Below, piece by piece: positions 53,205-53,215 of a stretch of DNA of 53,215 bases. The DNA is from Intoshia linei (taxonomy: Eukaryota; Animalia; Orthonectida). The stretch is from positions 1-53,215 of the forward strand of contig LWCA01000110.1 of NCBI GenBank assembly GCA_001642005.1, written 5' to 3'. The notes below the pieces were generated by a model that was given only the letters and a program-made list of their open reading frames with translations, had not been told where the DNA came from and ran no database searches. Position 1 is the stretch's first letter; every line of letters starts with the position of its first letter. A program made the translations under genes and the position numbers.

Positions 53205-53215
53205 AACTAAAAACT

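Noticed and set aside
52960-53215. CRISPR-like or plain satellite reading of the terminal repeats; also an rDNA fragment
   Set aside because: The context is a eukaryotic intron with no cas genes. The units carry C/D boxes, and the rRNA match is limited to a 12-nt antisense guide.

Overview
AT-rich eukaryotic (animal) genomic DNA, not prokaryotic. It is gene-dense, with many very short (about 30-45 nt) GT-AG introns and a few longer introns filled with transposon debris. This suits a compacted invertebrate genome; an orthonectid-like parasite is my guess and is unverified. Manual splicing supports about 16 genes: tetraspanin (partial), IRS/chico-like PH-PTB adaptor, LSM4, MAK/ICK kinase, PPP4R3/SMEK, RPL24, Tantalus/PRR14-like, RCHY1, SUPT5H, NSUN4, PIGF, NIFK, DTL/CDT2, RACGAP1, ANKFN1/wake-like and RPL3 (partial). 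Most alternate in strand with very small tail-to-tail gaps. Mobile DNA includes a non-autonomous Helitron family carrying a hAT-like terminus, several hAT MITEs with 8-bp TSDs, and piggyBac, Tc1, hAT and possible MULE remnants. The most interesting signal is a tandem trio of very compact U18/SNORD18-like box C/D snoRNAs in an RPL3 intron. The best-preserved copy has a 3-nt insertion before box D' that would move its predicted LSU rRNA methylation target by 3 nt. Gene boundaries were read by eye and internal exon boundaries are approximate.
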